Shown: positions 42,507 through 53,900 of the stretch, one piece after another | Numbering within the stretch: position 1 is the stretch's first letter | How the letters are laid out: each line of letters begins with the position of its first letter | Origin: Eledone cirrhosa | Taxonomy: Eukaryota | Assembly (NCBI GenBank): GCA_964016885.1 | Contig: OZ024741.1 | Location: 7,936,001-8,000,000 of the forward strand | Direction of reading: 5' to 3' | Length of the DNA: 64,000 nt | The notes under the pieces: generated by a model | Seen by the model: only the letters and a program-made list of their open reading frames with translations | Told to the model about the DNA's origin: nothing | The model's database searches: none | Made by a program: the position numbers and the translations under genes

Positions 42507-42752
42507 CACATGTGGTTAGAATGTCTCAGGAAAGAATCGCTGGACAGATTTCACAGGCAAAACCAACTGACAGGAGACCCAGGGGTAGACCCTGAGCAAG
42601 ATGGTTGGATAACATCCATGAGCTTGGCTGGTCTCGTTTGGAGATCCATCCGGATCAGTTGGAGACGGTTGCTTCTGACAAGAGCTGCTGGAAGGAGTGT
42701 TTGAGGACTGCCCCCACGACCATTTCAGGAATAAGGGGGCGAAGAACAAGAA
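42507..42752 (+). mobile_element. RTE-clade LINE 3' fragment with 13-bp target-site duplication
   Basis: Translates as HVVRMSQERIA...RRPRGRP*ARWLDNI...VASDKSCW, an RTE ORF C-terminus; GAA-type tail; flanked by GATTATGTATCTT at 42494-42506 and 42753-42765. Confidence 0.85.
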
Positions 42753-43217
42753 GATTATGTATCTTATTTTCTAGTTAATGGCTTGTTAAACTTTCGAGAA
42801 AATCTACTTTATTTAACCTGAACGTCTCACTGAGATTTAGTGACACAATCTGTGACATTGTTGGCCCTCGGAATCACAGTTACAACACACCCTGTCAGCT
42901 AACTGTAAAACACCCCGTCAAAACATGGCAAAGTAGATACAAAAATGATGTTGATGGGCATAAATCCCGGACTTTACACAATCTCACAGAGACACAGCAC
43001 TTATTTCAAAACTCCATGAGAAATGAGAGCCTGTCATTTTACTCTTCCACACATGTGTACTACTCACAACCCTTCAGATGGTGGTGATGTGTAAGGGAGG
43101 TAAGGATGACGACAGTGGGGGAAAAAAAGACGAGAGAGATGAGATGGGGGGGGGGGATAAAATAGACTATTTATTTGGTTGTTAAGCCGCAGATCAACAG
43201 AGTGGGACTTACTTACT

Positions 43218-43659
43218 TAACAATATATACAAAAAGGTTTTATATATATATATATATATATATTTTCAGACGTTCAATAATCTGACAGAAAGGTATACGA
43301 TGCTGACGATAGCTAATAAGCTTGAAACTAGTTCATCGTTCCTTTGTCAGTGTTGAACAAGAAGGCGACGATGGTTCCAGAACACTGTACGGCGTAATTC
43401 GGGCTGTTTGTTTACAGACACACCGAACATTATAATAAATGTTCGGTAAACCCATACGTACATATATATATGTGTGCATGTATGTATATATATATATATA
43501 TACATACTACTGTGCGTCTGTACACATATATGTATGTATATATTTAGGTACCAGCCGTACTAAGAGTGAGAAATGAAATTTCGTTTCATTCTTTTCCATT
43601 TATATATATATATATATATATACATATATATATGAACAACCTTTTTGTATATATTGTTA
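43218..43659. mobile_element. Candidate MITE-like element bounded by perfect 22-bp inverted repeats
   Basis: TAACAATATATACAAAAAGGTT (43218-43239) and AACCTTTTTGTATATATTGTTA (43638-43659); the outer TA may be a TSD; non-coding interior. Confidence 0.5.
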
Positions 43660-43821
43660 TTTTGTTGTATCTATAGTTTGTGCCTTCGGTCGGTTATCTT
43701 GGTGTCACATTTTATAACTAAGGTGTTTAACTCTGGACTAAATGCTGGTTTTTATCTTTCGGTCCATTGAGTGCTTTGAGAATGCCTCAAAACAAATTGA
43801 TTAGTAGTTGCTGTACTGCAA

Positions 43822-43940
43822 CTAAAGTTTGATTTACCGAGGTTGACTTTGCCTTTCATCCTTACGGGGTCGATAAAATAAAGTACCAGTAATGCACTGG
43901 GAAATTGTTGGCCTTGTGCCTAAAGTAGAAACAATTATTA
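43822..43940 (+). mobile_element. SINE family A, 5'-truncated copy
   Basis: Core CCGAGGTTGACTTTGCCTTTCATCCTTACGGGGTCGATAAAATAAAGTACCAG and tail AAAGTAGAAACAATTATTA shared with four other local copies. Confidence 0.85.
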
Positions 43941-44145
43941 TAATGTAGCTTATAATCTGTCCACACGTATTGAGTGCTCATCCAATTGATATTTAACCGC
44001 TCTATGTACACAAAGTGCAATGAACGTGTTTCAGCCATTTTCGAGTCAGGCTGATCAGTTGACAAAATGTTGATAGAAAACGAATAAGGAAGACTTTCAA
44101 CCAGTAATAATTTATATCAGCTGAGAGGGAAAAACTAAAACAACC

Positions 44146-44338
44146 CTCTTCCTCCTCCTCCTCGTCCTCCTCCTCCTCCCCTTCTTCTTCTTCTTCTTCT
44201 TCCGTCAACTGTCTCCCACTTGACCCCCCCCCCCCCCCAAGTAAGACCAGCCAAGCTCATGAATGTTATCCAACCATCTTGCTCAGGGTCTACCCCTGAG
44301 TCTCCTGTCGGTTGGTTTTGCCCGTAAAATATGTCCAA
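44146..44338 (-). mobile_element. Second RTE LINE 3' fragment of the same family as 42507-42752, internally rearranged, with GAA/GGA tail
   Basis: The reverse complement matches GGCAAAACCAAC...AGGGGTAGACCCTGAGCAAGATGGTTGGATAACAT...GAGCTTGGCTGGTCT of the 42.5-kb copy. Confidence 0.8.
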
Positions 44339-44555
44339 TGATTAAAAACCAACAAACAATTGCATAATTTAGATAAGTTAATTATTATTAACCCGAAATG
44401 TTCATAACTCTTTTCTCTACATAGCATACGAACGTCGGGGAATTTATTTCAGCGATGTCCGACCATGACCCACTCACTGAATTAGATAATAAGCTTGCAG
44501 TTGAGAAACTGTATCTTAAAATACACAGACTACACATAGTTCATGAGTATTATGG

Positions 44556-44640
44556 TTTCATCCTTACGGGGTCGATAAAATAAAGTACCAGTAATGCACT
44601 GGGTAATTGCTGGCCTTGTGCCTAACGTAGAAACAATTAT
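44556..44640 (+). mobile_element. SINE family A, 3' fragment
   Basis: TTTCATCCTTACGGGGTCGATAAAATAAAGTACCAGTAATGCACTGGG...GTAGAAACAATTAT. Confidence 0.85.
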
Positions 44641-44696
44641 GGCAGTGTTTTGGTAACGATACCTCTTTAAACTTGTGTGGAATGATGTGGTGTGGT

Positions 44697-45058
44697 AAAT
44701 AAATATATACATATACACCAGGACACAAAGGAACCAAACTCCCACTGTAACTGCTTCCGTCTCTACCGCTTCTCCATATCTCTCACTGTTATGAGCAAAC
44801 GGGGACCCATGCGCTGGCCCACTCGCGACCAACTGCTGGACAGAATAGAGAAGCCATTACTCCGGAGGATGATGGGAGAGACGCGTTAGAAGAGCCATTC
44901 CTGCTTGCGAGGCTCACACCTGTGGGTAGCCAACTCTGTGCCGATGGTGGTGAGTAGGAGGTGGTCCTAGGGCCAAGGACACCAGAAGTCTCCACTGCTA
45001 CGGGCTCGACCGCAAACCTGTCAGAGAGCGACCGATATTTGGAGAGTTTGCCCACCTC
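44697..45058 (-). mobile_element. 3' fragment of an RLE-endonuclease non-LTR retrotransposon, CRE-clade-like, frameshifted
   Basis: KLSKYRSLSDRFAVEPVAVETSGVLGP, then in another frame LTTIGTELA...EPRKQEWLF*RVSPIILRSNGFSIL. Matches the K..KY..L...P.A.ET.G..G and WL.QR.S..I.RGN..SI pattern of CRE-type ORF ends. Confidence 0.72.
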
Positions 45059-45110
45059 GATGATTGAAACAGAAAATTAAAACTATATCGTATTAATGGA
45101 TTCTATTAAG

Positions 45111-45276
45111 GTGGTGGATTGGCAGTATCGGTAGAGGGTCGGGTGCCATGCTTTGCAGCATAGAGTTACGGATCTTTATGGTCTGAGTTCAAATCCCACT
45201 GTGGTTAACTTTGCCCTTCATTACGGGGTCGATAAAATAAAGTACCAGTAATACACTGTGCCAAAAGTAGAAACAG
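45111..45276 (+). mobile_element. SINE family A, near full length, tRNA-type head, with ~18-bp TSD
   Basis: A-box-like TGGCAGTATCGG, B-box GAGTTCAAATCC, core and tail; flanked by TTAATG(G/A)ATTCTATTAAG at 45093-45110 and 45277-45294. Confidence 0.88.
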
Positions 45277-45486
45277 TTAATGAATTCTATTAAGACTGAA
45301 GTAGGAAAAGTGATTTCAGATGCTTAATTTTTTAATTTGTTAAAATTATAATTATCTGCCCTTTTCTTTGTGAGCCGCTAACAACTACCGCTAGGTTATT
45401 GTTTTATATCTCCGAATAAGAGAGAAGCTTCAATTAATTAAGGATTTATTTGTGTCATTTAGTACACCGCCATTTATCTGGTGTGT

Positions 45487-45533
<47 letters not shown>

Positions 45534-46312
45534 CCCAACCAATACAAATAGACCTTAACCCCCACGCAACATAATATAATAAGAACAGTAACCGTGGAAA
45601 CTCTATCAAGGAACAATAAAGCTTTCGTGACAAAAGAGAGTGAGAGAGGGAGGAGGGGGGGGGGGGGGGGGTAGAAAAAAATTATATTTTTGACTTATTT
45701 CTTCTTCTCTTTGGCAGCCTAAAGTCCTTCCCCTCACCTCCTCTCCCCTTCCTTTCCCCTCTCATATTCCTATCTTTTCTCCTTCTTCTTCACCTCCTTT
45801 CCCCCTCATACTCCTCCAAATCATTTGTTCCTGCCACTTCATATACTTTTACACCTATTAGGTATTAATGAAGGTAAACAACTAACGATCCTTTGATTTA
45901 CGACTCTGTCTTGACCTTTGGTCATTCAAAGAGGAGATAAAGAGAGGTGACGGACACAGAGAGGTGGGCGTTCAACAAGACTATCGGATTTCTTAGCGGA
46001 GAAGAGTTAGCGTGAAGGGAGACAATTGAAGACGACAAAAGACAATTGTCGAATTCCTCTTTCATCCACCATTCACTAGGACTAGGTCATTCACGTAGAT
46101 TTGACCCCCAGAACCAGTCATGGATCATTAGTTTGGCGCCATCCTGCTGTGACTTGTTTTTATCGTGTGTTCTAAATTAAGATAAATCACAGGGAAATTA
46201 GTCTGAAAGAATGAACGCACGCCTGGGAATATCTATATATGCAGGCTCCTCTGTGTGAGTATATATACACAAGTACATACATACATGTGCATGTGTGAGT
46301 GTGTGTGTGTAT

Positions 46313-46366
<54 letters not shown>

Positions 46367-46493
46367 TCGTATTAAGGAATTCATGGTTTTAAAAAACATG
46401 TATGTAGCCTTATATAGAGTTTACTGTAATAAATCTATCTTTGAGCTGTTAAAATTTCGTCACATACCTTTATCTGTTTTCGTATTTGAAAAC

Positions 46494-46528
<35 letters not shown>

Positions 46529-46532
46529 CTCA

Positions 46533-46563
<31 letters not shown>

Positions 46564-46872
46564 TCATTCACTCTCCTCCCCTATCCGCTCCCTCTCTCTC
46601 ACTCCCTCTCTCCCCCTCCAACATCCTCCTCTCTCTCACTCATCCCTATCCCCCCTCTCTCTATATATATAAGTTGACGGAACTAGCATGGGTTTCACTG
46701 CTATGACCGGTTGCATCTCAGCGACTCAATAGGTAATGTTAAATAAACTCCCAGAGTAGACACATAGTTATTCGCTTCAATACAACACATGTAAATATCC
46801 GTATATGGTTGATGGTTGAGAGGAAAAAGTACTCAATACCGAAGTAGAGTTTTAATATTCATTATTATCCTT

Positions 46873-47003
46873 GCCATGCTAAGTTCAAAACCCGCCGAGG
46901 TTAACTTTGCCTTTCATCCTTACGGGGTCGATAAAATAAAGTACCAGTAATGTACTGGGTAATTGCTGGCCTTGTGCCAAAAGTAGAAACAATTATTATT
47001 ATT
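46873..47003 (+). mobile_element. SINE family A, 5'-truncated copy with (ATT)n tail
   Basis: AAGTTCAAAACCCGCCGAGGTTAACTTTGCC...GTCGATAAAATAAAGTACCAG...GTAGAAACAATTATT. Confidence 0.85.
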
Positions 47004-47010
47004 TTATTAT

Positions 47011-47595
47011 TAAGGGCGGTTGATTGGCAGTTTCGGTAGAGGGTGGGACGCCATGTTAGGGTGGTGGATTGGCAGTATCGGTAGAGGGTGGGACGCCATG
47101 TTAGGGTGGTGGATTGGCAGTATCGGTAGAGGGTCGGACGCCATGTTAGGGTGGTGGATTGGCAGTATCGGTAGAGGGTCGGACGCCATGTTAGGGTGAT
47201 GGATTGGCAGTATCGGTAGAGGGTCGGACGCCATGTTAGGGTGGTGGATTGGCAGTATCGGTAGAGGGTCGGACGCCATGTTAGGGCGGTGGATTGACAG
47301 TATCGGTAGAGGGTGGGACGCCATGTTAGGGTGGTGGATTGGCAATATCGGTAGAGGGTGGGACGCCATGTTAGGGTGGTGGATTGGCAGTATCGGTAGA
47401 GGATGGGACGCCATGTTAGGGTGGTGGATTGGCAGTATCGGTAGAGGGTCGGACGCCATGTTAGGGTGGTGGATTGGCAATATCGGGAGAGGGTCGGACG
47501 CCATGTTAGGGCGGTGGATTGGCAGTATCGGTAGAGGGTCGGACGCCATGTTAGGGCGGTGGATTGGCAGTATCGGTAGAGGGTCGGACGCCATG
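47011..47595 (+). repeat. 45-bp minisatellite, 13 copies: TTAGGGTGGTGGATTGGCAGTATCGGTAGAGGGTCGGACGCCATG
   Basis: Units start every 45 nt from 47011 to 47551; the unit equals the SINE A 5' head (compare 45107-45150). Confidence 0.97.
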
Positions 47596-47740
47596 CTTTG
47601 CAGCACAGTTATGTCCCTTTACGGACTGAGTTCAAATTCTGCCGAGGTTAACTTTGCCTTTCATCCTTAAGGGGTCGATGAAATAAAGTACCAGTAATAC
47701 ACTGGGATAATTGCTGGCCTTGTGCCAAAAGTAGAAACAA
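47016..47740 (+). mobile_element. SINE family A copy with a 13-fold amplified head; TSD TTATTATTAAGG
   Basis: The last minisatellite unit continues into CTTTGCAGCA...GAGTTCAAATTC...core...tail; 12-bp direct repeats at 47004-47015 and 47741-47752. Confidence 0.85.
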
Positions 47741-48019
47741 TTATTATTAAGGCTAAATAGTGACTCTTATTACACTGGAGTAACAAGACTCACTTTTTAG
47801 CCTTAATAATAATGAATATATATATATATATTTGCTTCGTTTTTCTGGGGCTCCGGTGGCTGATAGCTTCATGACCGCCGTTTTCAGTTTGTTTGGCCTC
47901 TATAACGTATGTTAATTGTTCTGGTCTTCTTTTAGTCCATTGAGCGCTTGCTGCATATCTCGAAACTTGCGTTTCGCTTTGTTTTTGACCACAGCCGAAA
48001 TACGATCTCGCTGAAATTA

Positions 48020-48110
<91 letters not shown>

Positions 48111-48133
48111 GTATGTGTGTGTTACACCCTCCA

Positions 48134-48244
48134 GTGTTCCGATGATTTGATCAGAGACGCACACTGTATTTAAGGTCGAGTGACGCAATTTCGAGTGATT
48201 AGCGGTTTTTAGACTCACCTGGTCAATGAAACAATTGCCAGTAC
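48134..48244 (+). ncRNA. Variant type I hammerhead motif with extended stem II, probably inactivated
   Basis: Stem I GTGTT/AGTAC; core CCGATGA; stem II TTGATCAG/CTGGTCAA; GAAAC-AATT-GCC (GUC site altered); about 55 nt before (TA)n. Confidence 0.55.
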
Positions 48245-48297
48245 TGTAAATAAAACCCTTTTTGTACAACCGACCATGTTATTCTTCACTCTTTCAC

Positions 48298-48343
<46 letters not shown>

Positions 48344-48346
<3 letters not shown>

Positions 48347-48694
48347 AAAGGTAAACAGAAATAACAACACAATCGGTACAGTATGGAAGGTATATATTAG
48401 GTTAACGCTTGATATAGCAGGAAGAGGGTCTTAACGTTTCGGACGCTAGTCCTTCATCAGAAGAAAGAATGAGAAATAAGATAGATTGAGGGGACAGGCG
48501 GGGTGGAATTGGAAAAAATGTCTTTAGATAAAAATAAAAGGTCCCTTCCTGTTGACATTTCTTGCAAAACTGTTGGTGCTGGCGTTTTGTGTATGATTTA
48601 TTTTTTTAGAAAAGTGGATGATGGGGGCGTCTACCTGGAATGAAAAAAAATAAACGTTTTGTAAAAAGAGCTATACTTGTGCACATTGTAAGCA

Positions 48695-48781
<87 letters not shown>

Positions 48782-49208
48782 ATAGGTCCGTACGAAGCTA
48801 AGAAGAAATGTGTATGTGTATATGTGAGTAAAAGAGTGTGTGTGCATGTAAGTACGAAGCTATGAGCAAAAGTATGTCAATATAAGGGTGTGTATGTGTG
48901 TATACAGAGCAGTGAAGGGAAAAGTGGAGTGAGCATATATAGTCGGCATGTATTAGTTGTAAGAGAAGATGCTAATGATCAAGAGAAAGCGATAGGAATC
49001 TAGGGGTGTGATAATGGACGGGGTATTAGAGAAATTGGGGAGGTGAGTTGAGTCCAAGAGGGGATTAGGACCCAAGGCGGTGAATCAGACTTTGTTCAGT
49101 CCTGGTGCACGGGGCCTGTGATCCATGATGTAAAAGGACACCCAGGACTGAAACATGTAGGGAAGAATGACCAGGAGAACAGAAATGACGGGCGACAGGA
49201 GTATCCAA
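48344..49208 (-). mobile_element. 5'-truncated Penelope-like element (Neptune-like): GIY-YIG C-terminus, 3' UTR and HHR, ending in (TA)n
   Basis: 49208-49026 translates as [23 protein letters not shown]...[18 protein letters not shown], a typical PLE endonuclease end not shown in the ORF track; HHR at 48429-48464 on the same strand. Confidence 0.82.
48429..48464 (-). ncRNA. Minimal type I hammerhead ribozyme
   Basis: Minus strand TCTT-CTGATGA-A-GGA(CTAGCG)TCC-GAAAC-GTT-AAGA: 4-bp stem I, 3-bp stem II, loopless palindromic stem III. Confidence 0.8.
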
Positions 49209-49347
49209 AGAAGTAACACAACAGTTAGTTCACCGAAACAATTGTTTCGGTATGGTGAACTAACTGTTGTGTAACCACTTATACCTAACTCGTCCCATGG
49301 ACTGAGTGCTCTACCACTACGGATATTACCTTCCAGTTTTCTACCTT

Positions 49348-49730
<383 letters not shown>

Positions 49731-50212
49731 GAAAAAATGGCGTACTGCGTGGTTGCAAATGGGTTACATATGAATAAAATTAGTCCTTCATCAGTGATCT
49801 TCCAGCCTTCATTGGTATTTCATCGCTTTAAAGACCATATACCCCTGGTTGGTGTGAGCAATGGCTAAAGAAAGTCGTTGGGACACGTAAATAGGGGGAA
49901 CGAGCGAGACAGTAAACAAACAAAGATGGTAAGGCAACGAAAAGTGAGGAAGAAGGAGTCAAGTCCCTGAAATCGATGAACATAAGTTCTGTGAAATCGT
50001 CGATAGAGAGAATAAAGACCATCCAACCTGGTCAAAGTGTGAGTGAGGAAAGAATTTCGCACAGGTCAAACGGGAGGAAGTGATGGAGAGGGAGTAGCAG
50101 AGAGTGAGTGAGTGAAAGTGTGAGGAAGAGGCTAACAGAGAGAGTGACTGTTAGAGGGGGTAAAGGGAAGTGAGAGATACAGAGAAAGGGGAAGTAGTAA
50201 GAAAGAAATAAG

Positions 50213-50278
<66 letters not shown>

Positions 50279-50310
50279 ATATATATATATATCATCATCA
50301 TCATCATCAT

Positions 50311-50383
50311 CATCAGGTTTAGCGTCCGTGTTCCACGCTTGCATGGGTTTGGACGGGGGTTTTCCCACTTGAGGCAAGAGTTC
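50311..50383 (-). mobile_element. Very short RTE-type LINE/SINE 3' tail inside (TA)n
   Basis: Minus strand CCCATGCAAGCGTGGAACACGGACGCTAAACC(TGA)n resembles RTE-related 3' ends with a (TGA)n tail; recognised from memory. Confidence 0.55.
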
Positions 50384-50414
<31 letters not shown>

Positions 50415-50629
50415 GTAAACAGAAATAACAATCTAACAATCGTTGGATTTTCTAATTGGATTTTCACCCCGAAACTGGACACCAACCGGAGTACACCTGA
50501 ACTTCCACCAGGAAATCTTTCGTATCATTGAAATTTTATTTGTTTCTTATATATATATATATGTGTGTGAGTGTGTGTGTGTGAGTGTGTGTGTGTGTGT
50601 GAGTGTGCGTGTGTATGTATGTGTGTATC

Positions 50630-50685
<56 letters not shown>

Positions 50686-50764
50686 TGTGCGTGTGTGAGT
50701 GCGCGCGCGCGCGTGTGTGTGTATGAGTGTGTGTGTGTATGTGTGTGTAGCGGTGTTAGTTAGT

Positions 50765-50897
50765 AGTTAGTAGACAGAGTAGTTAGAATGCCATATAGAA
50801 ATCCAGGCGGTATTCCATATCTTTACACTTTCAAATCCAGCCCAGGTCAACTTTCATTCTTTCGAGGTCAATAAAGGTTCCAGTACTTTACTGGTGG
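50765..50897 (+). mobile_element. Old diverged SINE related in its core to family A
   Basis: TTCAAATCCAGCCCAGGTCAACTTTCATTCTTTCGAGGTCAATAAAGGTTCCAGT resembles B-box plus core. Confidence 0.6.
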
Positions 50898-50911
50898 TGA
50901 ACCTTCCTCCA

Positions 50912-53900
50912 TTTCTCTCTCTCACTCTCACTCTCTCTTACACTGTGTCACACTCATTCACACTCTGTCTCTCACTCTCTCTTACACTGTGTCACACTCA
51001 TTCACACTCTGTCTCTCACTCTCTCTCTCACACTCTGTCTCACACTCTGTCTCTCACTCTCTCTCACACTGTGTCACACTCATTCACACTCTCACACTCT
51101 GTCTCACATTCTGTCTAACACTCTGTCTCTCACTCTCTCTCTCACACTCTGTCTCACACTCTGTCTCACACTCTCTCTCTCTCACTCTGTCTCTCACTCT
51201 GTCTCACACTCTGTCTCACACTCTGTCTCACACTCTGTCTCACACTCTGTCTCACACTCTGTCTCACACTCTGTCTCACACTCTGTCTCACACTCTCTCT
51301 CACACTCTGTCTCACACGCTGTCTCACACTCTCTCTCTCTCACTCTGTCTCTCACTCGGTCTCTCACTCTCTCTCTCACACTCTGTCTCACACTCTGTCT
51401 CACACTCTGTCTCTCACTCTCTCTCTCACACTCTGTCTCACACTCTGTCTCTCACTCTGCCTCTCTCAATCTGTCTCTCACTCTGTCTCTCACTCTCTCT
51501 CTCACACTCTGTCTCACACTCTGTCTCTCACACTCTGTCTCACACTCTGTCTCTCACACTCTGTCTCACACTCTGTCTCTCACTCTGTCTCTCACTCTCT
51601 CTCTCACACTCTGTCTCACACTCAGTCTCACACTCTCTCTCTCACTCTCTCTCTCACACTCTGTCTCACACTCTGTCTCACACTCTGTCTCTCACACTCT
51701 GTCTCTCACTCTGTCTCTCACTCTCTCTCTCACACTCTGTCTCACACTCTGTCTCTCACTCTGTCTCTCTCAATCTGTCTCTCACTCTGTCTCTCACTCT
51801 CTCCCTCACACTCTGTCTCACACTCTGTCTCTCACTCTCTCTCTCTCACTCTGTCTCTCAATTTCTCTCTCACTCTTTCTCTCACACTCTGTCTCACTCT
51901 GTCTCACACTCCGTCTCTCACTCTCTCTCACACTCTGTCTCACACTCTCTCTCTCACTCTCTCTCTCACACTCTGTATCACACTCTGTCTCTCACTCTCT
52001 CTCTCTCACTCTGTCTCTCACTCTGTCTCTCACTCTCTCTCTCTCACTCTGTCTCACACTCTGTCTCACACTCTCTCTCTCACACTCTGTATCACACTCT
52101 GTCTCTCACTCTCTCTCTCTCACTCTGTTTCACACTCTGTCTCTCACTTTCTCTCTCTCAATCTGTCTCACACTCTGTCTCTCACTCTCTCTCTAACACT
52201 CTGTCTCTCACTCTCTCTCTCACACTCTGTCTCACACTCTGTCTCTCACTCTCTCTCTCACACTCTGTCTCTCACTCTCTCTATCACACTCTGTCTCACA
52301 CTCTGTCTCACACTCCGTCTCTCACTCTCTCTCACACTCTGTCTCGCACTCTGTCTCACATTCTGTCTCTCACTCTCTCTCTCACACTCTGTCTCACACT
52401 CTCTCTCTCACACTCTGTCTCACACTCTGTCTGTCACACTCTGTCTCACACTCTCTCTCTCACACTCTGTCTCACACTCTGTCTCTCACACTCTGTCTCA
52501 CACTCTGTCTCACACTCTGTCTCACACTCTGTCTCACACTCTGTCTCTCACACTCTGTCTCACACTCTGTCTCACACTCTGTCTCACACTCTCTCTCACA
52601 CTCTGTCTCTCACACTCTGTCTCACACTCTGTCTCTCACACTCTGTCTCACACTCTGTCTCTCACACACTGTCTCACACTCTGTCTCTCACTCTCTCTCT
52701 CACACTCTGTCTCATACTCTGTCTCACACTCTGTCTCTCACTCTGTCTCTCACTCTCTCTCTCTCACATTCTGTCTCACACTCTGTCTCACACTCTGTCT
52801 CACACTCTGTCTCTTACACTCTGTCTCACACTCTGTCCCTCACACTCTGTCTCTCACTCTCTCTCTCACACTCTGTCTCACACTCTGTCTCTCTCTCTCT
52901 CTCACTCTGTCTCACACTCTGTCTCACACTCTGTCTCTCACACTCTGTCTCCCACTCTCTCTCTCTCACACTCTGTATCACACTCTGTCTCTCACTCTCT
53001 CTCTCACACTCTGTATCACACTCTGTCTCTCACTCTCTCTCTCACACTCTCTCTCACACTCTGTCTCTCACTCACTCTGTCACACTCTGTCTCACACTCT
53101 GTCTCTCACACTCTGTCTCTCAATCTCTCTCTCACACTCTGTATCACACTCTGTCTCTCAATCTCACTCTCACAGTCTGTCTCACACTCTGTCTCTCACT
53201 CTCTCTCTCACACTCTGTCTCACACTCTGTCTCTCACACTCTGTCTCTCACTCTCTCTCACACACTCTGTCTCATACTCTATCTCTCACTCTCTCTCTCA
53301 CACTCTGTATCACACTCTGTCTCTCACTCTCTCTCTCACACTCTGTCTCACACTCTGTCTCTTACACTCTGTCTCACACTCTGTCTCTCACTCTCTCTCT
53401 CACACTCTGTCTCACACTCTGTCTCTCACTCTATCTCTCACTCTCTCTCTCACACTCTGTATCACACTCTGTCTCTCACTCTCTCTCTCACACTCTGTCT
53501 CACACACTGTCTCTTACACTCTGCCTCACACTCTGTCTCTCACTCTCTCTCTCACACTCTGTCTCACATTCTGTCTCTCACTCTCTCTCTCTCACTCTGT
53601 CTCTCACTCTGTCTCTCACTCTCTCTGTCACACTCTGTCTCACACTCTGTCTCACACTCCGTCTCTCACTCTCTCTCACACTCTGTCTCACACTCTCTCT
53701 CTCACTCTCTCTCTGTATCACACTCTGTCTCTCACTCTCTCTCTCTCACTCTGTCTCTCACTCTGTCTCTCACTCTCTCTCTCTCACTCTGTCTCACACT
53801 CTGTCTCACACTCTCTCTCTCACACTCTGTCACACACTCTGTCTCACACTCTGTCTCTCTCTCTCTCTCACTCTGTCTCACACTCTGTCTCACACTCTGT

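Noticed and set aside
45111-45205. tRNA gene
   Set aside because: A- and B-box-like motifs are present, but no cloverleaf is evident and the sequence runs into a repeated SINE body with a TSD.
47010-47670. 198-aa and 145-aa ORFs with 15-aa repeats
   Set aside because: Translations of the 45-bp SINE-derived minisatellite.
49770-50070. Half HHR (CTGATGAAGGACTA, minus strand) and a possible decayed GIY-YIG tail
   Set aside because: No GAAA partner follows and no convincing reading frame was found; counted only as a degenerate remnant.
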